This document shows positions 15,222-27,685 of a stretch of DNA of 64,000 bases, piece by piece (within the stretch, counting starts at the first letter, position 1; every line of letters starts with the position of its first letter). This stretch comes from Tubiluchus corallicola (lineage: Eukaryota > Animalia > Priapulida). Below the pieces are notes generated by a model. It ran no database searches, had not been told where the DNA came from, and saw nothing but the letters and a program-made list of their open reading frames with translations. The stretch is from assembly GCA_030141605.1 (NCBI GenBank), contig JAQGDQ010000663.1, positions 1 to 64,000 on the forward strand, in the 5' to 3' direction. A program made the position numbers and the translations under genes.

Positions 15222-16658
15222 CTGAAAAACAGAAAATTTATGAATGCCTAGTAATTTCAAAACCATTCCAAAAATAACGATCTTTGGGTAGGTCTACAGC
15301 AACATTAGGTCTAGGGATACATTATATTGGTTCTTTTTGATTAGTTATTGCAACTGTTTATCAGTCAGCTGCTTGTGCCCTATGTGTTGTACATAGGCGT
15401 CACATTTCCTATTGGGAGAATTGGCCTTTTTTATACCCAAGGAACTTAAAACGTATAAACGCAGTTTAAGCGTTTGCTAACTTACTATATATATATTACC
15501 ATAAAGCAATTCGAGAAAACTAAGTACGATTAGAACGCTGAAAACGGTTAACAGTGATCTCCTTAAAAAATTCTAGAAATCTGTGAACCCCAAGGGTCTC
15601 TAGCTTTTCGTTATCATGTTCACATGTATTTAGATTTTTTAGACTATAAGGAATTGTAGTGAGAAGTTATAGGCATACACGTACTGAAATCCATAAATAA
15701 GTTCGAAAGCCAAGAGCTGGCGATTGTTTGACTAGATAAAGTGTGTCTTTGGACTAATTTATTTTTAGTGCATTTGTGCTTAGAAAATAATAACAACTGC
15801 ACCGCAGAGAATATTGTAATCAAAATTCCTGAACATAAGCTTATTTAACTTGATAGAAAATAAAAACTAACATGCATGCCTTTGTAGTTTAAAAAATTAA
15901 TATGAAACTGTACCAAATAAAAAAATTGCCTAGGCCGTAATTTAGTTAGCTCGCTCCGAAAATCTGGCACTGGTTGTAATTTTAGCAGATCAGACAAATG
16001 CACCCCCAAAGCATCGAAAATGCAGAAGAATCTCTATGATATTGCCTCATAATTTTTAACGCAACAGCTGAGACGTGTTTGAAGAACTAGAGCGTTCTTC
16101 TGTATCTAACAGTTTGGAGAAATTGCGCATTTGTTATAAACCTTATTATGAGCGCTTTATCAGAAACACAACAAAGAGCGGCGCCATATTAGATCCAATG
16201 ATGAACAAGTCCTAGTGTTGGTAGGCACTGGTCTGCAGCGTTGTAAGAAGTACACTGCAAGTAAACTGCAGAAGGTGCAGAAGTGAATAACACAAACACT
16301 TTTGATACTTCAAATTACATACTAATTGGCTTTCATACTGACCCTCTTTCAATAAGTCATCTGCTTGACTTTTAGCAGAGATTGGGTTCCAGTACAATAC
16401 CATGTTTGCTGTCTAAAGTGTCTTTCTGGTCGACTTGCATACACTTGTGCTTTTTACACCTATTAAATTCTAAAACTTAAGCAGACACTGACTAGTGAAC
16501 TTTGACTTTTTTACCTAACCTCATTGCACACGGCCACTAATTGGTCATCCTCAGGTATTTACTTTGTAAAAGTAATTTCCAATTTTTAGCGACCAATGTA
16601 AAACACAGAAATTGATTAACTATGAAACCAGAAATCTTGGGTAACTTTATCAACTTAC

Positions 16659-16768
16659 TTGTTGTACAGCACAATATCTGGAAGCCATATGTAATCAGAA
16701 GGCACGTGCAGTGAAGTTACTCCACCGTAATCAGAGGGATCCCATTTTAACTTGTAGTCTTGCCACTC
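16659..16768 (-). CDS. nAChR alpha subunit, exon 4 ([11 protein letters not shown]...[11 protein letters not shown], loop A)
   Basis: Canonical 110-bp exon with WxPDIVLYNN; TAG acceptor and GTAAGT donor, phase 2. Confidence 0.95.
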
Positions 16769-18318
16769 CTATGAGAAAAAAGAGCAGTAAAGTAATAAGG
16801 CGGCGTAGAAGCCAAAATAAAAAGCTCAAAAGGATTAATTCGACCACATTATTAGAGTTAGCTGTCATTCATCAATATGCTAGCCGTTTGAGCAACTTCT
16901 TTCAATGTTCCGACTGGATAAGCAAAACTAGTTTACATCTGACTTACTATTGCAGAGTGTATCATTAATTTTACAGTTGTAGTATATATATAACCGACGA
17001 GGCTACACCTCTAACGACGGCGCATTGGGGTTTTATTTTTCGGCCGTTTTTTGCAAAAAATTGCAAAAATTATACCTCTTGTTTGTAGAGAACGGAAACG
17101 CGTCGGGGGCGGTGTCGGTAATGGTTTAATAGCCCGTTCAACGGTGGGTGTCATAGTCATATTTAGAATTCAGGGAAGGGCCACGGCGCCCCGTGACGGG
17201 CATTGTCCCGGACCCAACCACGCAAATTTTGCTAAAAACTGCTCAAACAGCCTCTAGAAAAACTCAATCTGTGCAACTGTTTGGGCATGCTGAGAAAAAA
17301 TAAGCACACTCGCAGAAAGAGGACGAAACGGTCTACAAAGTGCTAATGGTTTCGCTAGGAGAGATGTATACTGGATGAGACGGGAAGGGTGTATTTGAAA
17401 GTTCTTTTTCTACCCCTGAGCTGCACGTTATTTGGAACATCCATTGTCTTTCAGTTTGAGAAATTTCGCGCCTGTTCCAGGCATTGTCTCCACTCGTCAT
17501 TCTACATGTACAGTGAAATAAATTGAGTGATTGATTGATTATAGATTTTACATGTAAGTAAGTTCTGTTAGCCTATAGTAATCAGCCTATAGTTAGCCTA
17601 AGTAAGCAGCAAAACAAAACTATGTTGAATGTTCGTGCATTATTGATCATTGGTAGATACATCTAAGAGCATTTGCTATAGAACACAGTTCCAACTTTGT
17701 GCAAAATATTTTGAATGGTTTTGCTGTGATGCTGTACTGCTGGTGTTGTAGGTGTCGTCATCGTTGTCGTCATCATCATCGTCTTCAATATCATAATCAC
17801 CATGATCACAGTATGAAGTGGTGAGTGTGGTGTGTGTGCTGCAAATGGTGTGCTGTGCTGTGGATGGGGTGGTAGGATGGGTGTGGTGTGGTGTGGTGTT
17901 GGCAGAGTGGCCTGGTGGGTGTGGTGTGGTTTGGTCTGGGTGCTGTGGTATTGGTGGTGTGGTGTGGACAATGTGGTGGAGTGGTAGGGTGGGGGTGGTG
18001 TGGTGTTGATGTAATGTGGTAGGCGTGGTGTGGTGTGTTGTGGGTTGTGTGCTGTGGTGTGGGTGGTGTGGTATTGTGGTATGTTGTGGGTGGTGTTGTG
18101 TTGTGTTGCAGTATGGTGTAGGATGTGTAGGATCACAATTTTACGATTGCAGAGTGTATCATTAATTTTACAGCTGTTGTATGCATTACTAATTTTGCGA
18201 TTGTACAATGTATCATTAATTTTACAATAGTAGTATGTTTTCTTAATTTTACGATTGCAGACTGTATCACAATTTTACGATTGTAGAGTACATCTCTAAA
18301 GAATAAGGATATTGTTAC

Positions 18319-18363
18319 CTGAATAAGCCACACGTTTGAGGTCATGATCTGCCTTTTTTCATC
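18319..18363 (-). CDS. nAChR alpha subunit, exon 3 (DEKRQIMTSNVWLIQ, loop D)
   Basis: Canonical 45-bp nAChR exon with CAG acceptor and GTAAC donor. Confidence 0.92.
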
Positions 18364-18428
18364 CTGTCAACAAAAAAACAAGAACTTTCTGAAAAAGTTC
18401 ATAATATTCATAATAGTGATACAACAAC

Positions 18429-18612
<184 letters not shown>

Positions 18613-19950
18613 CGTAATAATGCTCTGGCTATTACTGCATATTTGACTGCCGTTACTGTCAGCACCATGTATCACCACCAATATCACCATTGTAGCTGGC
18701 AAACTATTGCCATGGCCACCAGCCCACTACTCCACCACCCCAAGACCATGCATCAACATCATTAGGAAAAGCGCCCTCAGCAGTAGCGTCAGCGCAAGCA
18801 TCTCCATGCCACCAAGGCAGCACATTCATCAGAAATGTAAATGTAACAGCAACGGCAACAGCAAGAATAACGCTAACAACAAATCCACTACTAATTCCGA
18901 GTAGAACCTATATCACACCAACAACTGCCATTTTCACTGCTACTGCCACTGCCATATTTACAGTTAATTCTGTCACCTATATCTGCAGCTCTAGTAAAAG
19001 TTTTCATAAGCATTCCACCGAAAAAACACCATAGCCACTGTGACGTCCGTGACGTCAGTCGGGAATATAAGAACTACCGAGCAGCAATGCAACCCCTTCT
19101 AATATAGTTGAACTGTATTCTAGTAACTGTCCTATACTTAGGCTGCATTAATAGCTTAATTTAGCTAATTGCTTATGTTAATTGAGTGAGTCATTAAGCG
19201 AATTTACCTACTACCTGTCCTAGATCTCCTTTGCAAGAAAGCAAATGATTGGTCATACGCTCAACTGAACAGGCTATCTAGCCAATAGATCGTCGTGTTA
19301 AAGGACAAGGTCATCCAGTTTTACCTGTTCTAGAAATTGAAAAAAGGTTCAAGACAGTGTGTCGAACTTGCTAAACCAGTGAAGTCGTCGAATATGGCTT
19401 CCGACGAACATTTATTAACAATCGAAGTCAAGACTTAATTACTGTAGCGACAGAAAGTGATTAAAGGGCACTGACACACCAAAGGGTTAGGTGTTCGAGC
19501 CGTGAGGCGAAAACACCAATAAACTGGCTATTATTCGTTATTTGACGTACTGCTGTAAACGGAAATTCAGGAGATCTGATGCAGAAACAACCAGGCGATG
19601 ACCAGACGTTGTAGCAATGGTAGTTTCACGAGTTCCACGGGTCATGACTCCACTGTACTCCACTAGGATTTGAGAAGTAACCACTTACGACTCCGGTACA
19701 CCTGACAAGCATTGTAGAAGTGGCTACGTAAGATTTCACCCCCTGTTCCAGCTTTGGAAGAGTAACTGCTCAAGATTCCACGAAGTTCGCATAACCGGTT
19801 AGTCACGTTATTCCAGCTTCCAGAGTGATGGAGAACGTCAAACGTTGGAATCCGACAACTTTTCCCACCTCTCACTTCCACTGTCACTGCTGTAACCATC
19901 ACAACTATCGCCATTATTTCATTATTACCATCATCACCATAATTGCCATT

Positions 19951-19993
<43 letters not shown>

Positions 19994-20027
19994 CCATCAT
20001 TGCCCTCATCATTATCATTATCATCAC

Positions 20028-20059
<32 letters not shown>

Positions 20060-21196
20060 GCATCATCATCAGCATCATCGTGATCATCATCATCATCATC
20101 ATCGTCGTCGTCGTCTAGTCGTCACAATCATCAGCATCATCACCACCTTCACTGATTCCTCCACCGAAGTCTTTTTTAACTTTTTTCACAATAGTGGTTT
20201 CTATTTTGGCTCCACAATGTTGGCTGTTTTTTTGTTTTTCCCTATAAAATTTCAAAACAAGGCATGTCACATGGCTCCTGTCAAATATTACTATGCTGTA
20301 CACCATGCTGTCATCTTCTTAGTTTACAGACTGCCTTTGAAGGAAGCAGCTGCTTCGATCCATCATATTCGCTCATCCCTTGGGCACCTAGCTATAATTA
20401 GGTCATGTTAAGTGTAATATGGAGCCGTTTCATCTGCTTTCAGGAAACGTGTCCATCACAACGTGGCTTCACTGTCATCACGTGTCTAGGGGACATAATG
20501 ATCATTATACTGCAGAGCCAACATTCCAGGTCTTACTGCTATTCAGTTATAATTGCTGACATTTAAATTGTTTTAAATTAAAGCCAGGCAGCAGAAATGA
20601 AATTTTACACACAGTTTTACCTGTATGGTGTTCATGTTCATTACAAAAATTTGAAACATATCGTCATGGTCTATATTTGGTTGTTTTGATCCTTCGGTAG
20701 ACAAGGTTCTTTCATTGTAATTTAATTTCGCGCATCCCAAGATAGCACCTGCATTATTACTGAGAATCATATTACAGGTACTGAAACGATAGAGGTATCT
20801 ATCTGGATGTATAATGTAAGATTAGCATTGAAAGTTGAGCGAAACTAAACCTGGTTAACAAATGGATGTGTCACCGCCAAGAAGATTGCTTCTAGGTGGT
20901 TTTTCCTACCACCTTACCTTGGGTTCAGTCAGGTCTACTCACGCTACTCAGATCAGTGAATTTGAAGAAGATTTTATTTTATTTTAGTTTATTTTATTTC
21001 ATTTCATTTCATTTCATTTCATTTCATTTTATTTTATTTTATTTCACATTCATTCAAATATACATTAAAAAATAAACTAAAAACAATAAAAACATGAATG
21101 TGGAGAGAGCAAATGAAACAATTAAATGAATTGCGTCGCTCAGTTCAATGTAATCCTGGTCTTGTTACTTGTGCACTCTGTGTAGTCTAAATCAGA

Positions 21197-22300
21197 GGCA
21201 ATGTTGGTCAGTTGAAGGTAATGCTGCCAACAGATAGGGCAATGTTGGTCAGTTGAAGGTAATGTCGGCCAACAGATAGGGCAATGTTGGTCAGTTGAAG
21301 GTAATGTCGGCCAACAGATAGGGCAATGTTGGTCAGTTGAAGGTAATGTCGGCCAACAGATAGGGCAATGTTGGTCAGTTGAAAGTAATGTCGGCTACTA
21401 GATAAGGCAATGTTGGTCAGTTGAAGGTAATGTGCACAGATAGGCAATGTTGGTCAGTTGAAGGTAATATCGGCCACCAGATAAGGCAATGCTGGTCAGT
21501 TGAAGGTAATATCGGCCACCAGATAAGGCAATGTTGGTCAGTTGAAGGTAATGTCGGCTAACAGATAGGGCAATGTTGGTCAGTTGAAAGTAATGTAGGC
21601 TACTAGATAAGGCAATGTTGGTCAGTTGAAGGTAATGTCGACCAACAGATAGGGCAATGTTGGTCAGTTGAAGGTAATGTTGCCTACTAGATAGGGCAAT
21701 GTTGGTCAGTTGAAAGTAATGTCGGCTACTAGATAGGGTAATGTTGGTCAGTTGAAGGTAATGTTGCCTACTAGATAGGGTAATGTTGGTCAGTTGAAAG
21801 TAATGTCGGCTACTAGATAGAGTAATGTTGGTCAGTTGAAAGTAATGTCGGCTACTAGATAGAGTAATGTTGGTCAGTTGAAAGTAATGTCGGCTACTAG
21901 ATAGGGTAATGCTGGTCAGTTGAAGGTAATATCGGCCAACAGATAGGGCAACGTTGGTCAGTTGAAGGTAACATCGGTCACCGGATAGGGCAATGTTGGT
22001 CAGTTGAAGGTAATATCGGCCACCAGAGAGGGCAGGGCAATGTTGGTCAGTTGAAGGTAATGCCAGCCAACAGATAGAGTAATGTTGGCCAGTTGAAGGT
22101 AATGTCGGTTACTAGATAGGATAATGCTGGTCGGTTGAAGGTTATGTCGGCCAACAGGTAGGGTAATGTTGGCCAGTTGAAGGTAATGTCGGTTACTAGA
22201 TAGGGTAATGCTGGTCAGTTGAAGGTAATATCGGCCACCAGATAAGGCAATGTTGGTCAGTTGAAGGTAATATCGGCCACCAGATAGGGTAATTTTGGCC
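21197..22300. repeat. 42-bp minisatellite, full array
   Basis: About 26 tandem units; the 14-aa periodicity is visible in ORF 21208-21447. Confidence 0.95.
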
Positions 22301-23804
22301 AGTCTAACAGCGACGCATTTTAATACATTCTAAGCATTTTGTGAATATTTTTGCACGTCTTATTGTTGATAAAATGCTATCATTTCAGAAAGACACTGAA
22401 AGCCGCGCTCAGATTAAACACTATTCATTGTCTTATCACGAATTTTCTAAGTCCAAACATTATTGCTTCTCGTTTGCTTAAATATTTCGTTAGAAGTAAT
22501 AAGTTAATAACATAGACGAGAAATTTTACTTGTGAACTGTGCTAGTGGCGAACTATACCTATTGCGAACTGTACCGTGCCACTGATGAGCTGTGCCTCTG
22601 GCAAAATGTGCATTGGCGAAGTGACATACAAGCTAATACGTGAACTGATTAGTAAAACCAAAAACTAAAGAAGCAATTATTAAGAGTTAGAACTCCTCGC
22701 TACTGACTGAACGCAAAAGTTTTAAATGTCATTGCTATTGTCTTTAGGTTGCTTTTTTGCTTTTGCTGTTGCTTTTATTGCTACTGCTGGTGTTGTTGTT
22801 GTCGTCATCATTACTGCTGTTGCTATTACCATGATGGCTAGACAAAGGTTTCGCTGATCTGACTAGTTTCGTTTGTTAATACATTCAACTAGCCAACCCG
22901 GAAAAAATTGTGCAAACACACTTAACGACAGCCCATATCATTCCATCCGCACTGGTCACCCAAACCAAACCACTTCCACCACACCGCTCTTAGCATATTA
23001 CCCACTCTACCCCACGCACACTTGTTAGTTCTCAACGTAAGTGTACTAACCTAAGTTTGAGTGTAACAATGATACAGTTGTAAACGTGACTATAACATAA
23101 TGGCAATCATGGACAAGTGTAAATACGGTCACGCTCGCGGATTTGAATCTGAATTCATCCAGTCTTGTCACCACAGCCAGGACGTGTCCGAAAACTTGGC
23201 TAAATGTTAATTTCATGTAAGTGCGTAAGCTAATCTGTGTGAAACCCATTATACACGTGACAGTGAGCAAGCAACAAGCTCAATTGAAAGCAGTGATACA
23301 AGGGGCTTTATCAGTCATATTGTGATCTTATAACAACATGCATACATGTGTGATAACAACATGGTAATAAGTATAACGCCTTTTTGGTAACAACAAAAAC
23401 GTCAGTGATAGTTGTCGTAGTATGTATAGTTGTATGACAACTACGACAACTATATTTATTGTTGTCGTAGCTGTCATCGTCAAAACATCCTGGACCTGTA
23501 TAGTACTTTCCCACTTACTTTAGAGTTGTACAGTTACAGATGAATTATAACATTAAAATTATATGAATTACTTTTGCTTGCTGCTATGTTTTCTTCTTGT
23601 TTATTCGACACAAATAATCAGCCACCTAAAGTTGCTATACAAATGGAGCCACTATCAAATACAGACTTGACTTTCTTAGTTTGCTTCGGTGACAGGTACG
23701 ACGTAACAAAGTCAATGACCCAAACATTATTACTAACTGGAACACTGCTCGCAGTGCTACTCCTGCAGCAAACTGTGTACAATAGTGAAACGTTACACTG
23801 CACG

Positions 23805-25457
23805 ATGGCCTGTGTCTGCTGCAGATTATTAGAAACGCTTCTTGTTTTATGTTTAGGATTTAGTGGCATCTTGGCTGCAGTTAACATGTCGTTCAATATT
23901 GAAATAATGTGGAATAATTCAACAAAGAAAGAGTGTCCCCGGAAAATTCCAGCCCTTACTCCTAGTCTTTTCCCTAATTTCGTACCTGTAATCAACTTTG
24001 CCTTACCTGGACAAATTGTTGAAGAGCTGCCAAGCTCAACAAAAAAGCTGCTGAAATGGAAAGTTGAAAGGTATATGGAGGATTCTAACCCAGTGAAGGA
24101 ACTTATCATGGAGCATTCCAATATTCAATTGGCAAACGTTAATACTTGGTTTGGTTGTTGGTGTTTACCTATGAATAAGGGTGCATATAAATACCTGTCA
24201 CAATATCAGAAAATTGATCATTTTCCAGCTTCGAATGAGTTGTGCATGAGGAAAGACAGTTTTTGGAGGAATTTTAAGCGCATGCGCAGTTTGCACGGAG
24301 AAAGGGAGTTTAGTTTTGTGCCACTGACTTTTGTTCTACACGAAGAAATTGGTTCATTTTTACACTACGCAGCAAGAAACCCCACCAAAAAAATGTGGAT
24401 TACCAAACCATTTGGCGGTAGTGGTGGTAAAGGAATCAAGCTCATCAGAGACAAGAGTGAAATACCAAGCAACAACATAATCGTTCAAAAGTACATTTCG
24501 AAGCCATATCTCATCGAAGGACGGAAATTTGATTTAAGACTGTACGTGTACGTCCCGTCATTAGAACCATTAAGGATTTACATTCACAACACGGGACTGA
24601 TTAGATTTTCTTCTAAAAACTACACCAATGCACCCTACGAGCAAGATAATCATTTTGTGCATCTAACAAACTATAAAATTAATTCAAAAAATCCTGACTA
24701 CTTTACGAAGAGGTTCACTCCTTTAGGAGAAACTGCACATTTATGGAGTTTGTCAACGCTCTGGCGATATTTAGAAGACAGAGGTATTAAAACAGATAAA
24801 ATATGGATGAAAATTAAAGACATGATTGTAAAACAGTACATTAGTTGTGAGTCTGACTTGTACCACGCCTTGAATGCATATGGAAGGAACCTTTATTCGT
24901 TCCACGAAACATACGGATATGATGTCATACTGGACAGCAGATTAAAACCGTGGCTACTGGAAGCTAACATTAACCAAGGCACTACAAAGCCAAGTTTCGC
25001 TACAGAAATGATAGCAGACGTTTTCAACATAGCTGGATACCGCGTGCCTGAAAACTCCATCAGATTTCCTACGAAATCAACAAATAATTCTATACCACAT
25101 GATGTCCTTGTGGGACCTCGTTTCCCCTCGCCACTGCTGGATTCAAACCTTGCGCCTTTTGAAAAAGCAAAACGGGAGCAGTTTACCTCACAGACGGATG
25201 AAGACACAGCATCTCTTATTCTAGATGATCTTACACCAGCTGATGTACGTGAACTAGTTGAAGCAGAGGACGAGTATCACAGACGTGGTGACTTTGAGCG
25301 TATCTTTCCCAGTCCAACGTCTCACAAATACTTGACATATTTCCAGAGGAAAAGTTACAGTAACTTATTGCTAGACGCGTGGACAAGAAAATATCATAGC
25401 ATCCCTCAAGAAGGTTTGAAACACTTGGTAGAAATCTGTTCAAAGTGGCATCAATAG
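23805..25457 (+). CDS. TTLL4-like: TTLL4-like tubulin polyglutamylase-family ATP-grasp ligase, uninterrupted CDS (~550 aa from the ATG at 23805), nested antisense in nAChR intron 2
   Basis: TTL-family motifs WITKP, IVQKYISKPYLIEGRKFDLRLYV, HLTNY, YGYD..LD..LKPWLLEAN, FERIFPS. PSLFPN..P and KLLKWK resemble TTLL4 from recall. ATG in strong context (ACGATGG). The frame is open back to 23574, so the start is uncertain. Confidence 0.9.
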   Translation: MACVCCRLLETLLVLCLGFSGILAAVNMSFNIEIMWNNSTKKECPRKIPALTPSLFPNFVPVINFALPGQIVEELPSSTKKLLKWKVERYMEDSNPVKELIMEHSNIQLANVNTWFGCWCLPMNKGAYKYLSQYQKIDHFPASNELCMRKDSFWRNFKRMRSLHGEREFSFVPLTFVLHEEIGSFLHYAARNPTKKMWITKPFGGSGGKGIKLIRDKSEIPSNNIIVQKYISKPYLIEGRKFDLRLYVYVPSLEPLRIYIHNTGLIRFSSKNYTNAPYEQDNHFVHLTNYKINSKNPDYFTKRFTPLGETAHLWSLSTLWRYLEDRGIKTDKIWMKIKDMIVKQYISCESDLYHALNAYGRNLYSFHETYGYDVILDSRLKPWLLEANINQGTTKPSFATEMIADVFNIAGYRVPENSIRFPTKSTNNSIPHDVLVGPRFPSPLLDSNLAPFEKAKREQFTSQTDEDTASLILDDLTPADVRELVEAEDEYHRRGDFERIFPSPTSHKYLTYFQRKSYSNLLLDAWTRKYHSIPQEGLKHLVEICSKWHQ

Positions 25458-27685
25458 CATGTATGTTTCAACTCTGCGTCAATGTTGGGGGTGCTTTCTG
25501 ATGATAATTTCGTGTTTTTGCTGTCTCACAAAGCATTTGAATGTTTAATTTACAAAAAAAAATTAAGTACTGCTTTCCCCTAGCAGAGAAATATTAGAAC
25601 ACAATACTATTCTTGTACCGTTTGATAAACTGGGGTTCATCACCCCATGTTTCCTAGCTAGGGCTTACTCTTTAATTGATGATTATACCTGGACTGAAAC
25701 ATAGCTCACTATCTAAGATGATCTACCAAGATGTGTCACTAAAGCGACACTTTCGGTGACTTAGTTATAGTTTTCCTTATCAAATAGGGTGTGGCGTCAT
25801 TTGTTCATATTGTTGTGTCGATGTAAGCCGTTATTCGGTTGTATAATACTGTTTCAAAATTTTTACTAAGACCGTGAACTATAGAGATTGGTCTGTAGTT
25901 TAATGGGTCGCCAGCATCGCTTTTTTTCTGAATTGGTGTTATGTTAGCTTTTTTTACAGGTATCAGTATTTCTGACCTCATTAGAATTCAAATTGTAGGT
26001 CAGAACAATCTACTCTGTGAAATATCGAAAGGAAACACAAATTTTTCAAAAACGACCTACGAGAAAGAATTATCACTACACAACACAATTAGTGCTACTA
26101 GTTCTACGCTGTCACATGCATTTCGTCATTTGTTAGTTAGTGGGGCACTAACGCCTGCATTTCGGAAACATATTGTACGAAAAACAGGTGCAGGTGTAAA
26201 CTATACTTTAGTTTTTTATGAACTACGCACATTCGATAGCTCATGGGTGAGCACAGCTGTAAATCTGAAATTTGTATTTTTATCTTAAAAATTGCCTAGT
26301 TTTAGTGCAACATGCTGAATATCTTACAGTAGCACTGCACTACAATTTTCACTATCGCAAACGTGTACAACACGCTCGTGGAATATTGTTGTAGTTGAAA
26401 ATTATGCTAGTTTGTGATGTCACCAATAGCTGGGCTCGCCCGCCGTTAATTTAGTTATTATTTGATTAACAGAAACGTTTTCGCAGTATTAATTGTATTA
26501 AAATGTATACATTTCATCGGACTTGAAAATGGTGTAGTGTTTGAAAAATCATCCTGTCTTGCTTGAAGTTTGACACAACACAATTACTGATCGATATTTC
26601 GCGTATGTCTGAATACGAATTTTTGAATTTATTTATAACAGCGTTGATAACCTTACATTTTTGTTTAGTTGTAACTGCATTACCGCATTTATCTCGATAG
26701 GAACTATTGTTAAGTATACTATTTAAATTATTGAGTTAATTTTTGTAATTTATTTTTTTTGTAATCATTATGATTTCTTTCAGTTCGAGTTTTTTTGCCA
26801 TGTATTATATAGTTTTTTTAAGGTTGTTAGGGTGTCCATATTGCGTGTTGCTCCAGGTACCTTTAGGATGAGTTTTAGTTGTTTTTCGGGTTCATTTTTT
26901 ATCAATTTATATTGTGCATGGAGGATTAAACAGTATTATTTATTAAAATATCTACTTGCGTATTGACATCAGTTTAATTGTAAATTCAGTCAAGTTTGCA
27001 AAGATCTATGAGAAAAAAATCCTTGATAAACGGTTTATAATGCCTAATAGTATAGCAGTTCAAGCGCGTTTATTTGCTACAGGTGCACTATGGTCGGCTA
27101 TAATAGTGAAACAATGATCAGAATAATCACACGGGAAATTCTATTGTGACAAGAAATTTTTGCTAGTATTGGAAATAAAGTGATCGATTACGGCGCTCAT
27201 ATTTTTAGTTATTCGAGCTGGATTATTACTTGTATTCAATAAATCTAAATTGAATTTTATCAGTAGTTTTTTTATATGTCTTACAGGCAGTTAAAGTTGT
27301 GGAATTAATGTCAATGGTGAAATCACCCACAATTAAAACTTATTTATTGTCAAGTACAACATTTTCGTTTCAGAAAAGTTCAATTACAAAGAGTTGTACT
27401 TGACATATCACACCTGATCTCTCAACAGTTCCGGTCTTCAGATTTAGGTGTTACAACGTTTGCAAAAAAAACGGGTGAGAAGTCTCTCACTTTTAGAACT
27501 ATTTCAGCCGCCCTTCCTCCAGGTTGTCCCGAATCTAAAATTATACACCATTGGAACGATGGGAGGCAAGACCATTCGTTTTTTTAAAGGGCCACAACTC
27601 CTTAACCAATGACCCAAATGGCTAGAAGATCTATGCAGACTATTCGGGGTCCATTATACATAATGTATTAACATTGCAGAGCAAT

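Noticed and set aside
23618-25443. Antisense ORFs over the TTLL CDS
   Set aside because: Shadow frames of a real coding sequence with no recognisable motifs.
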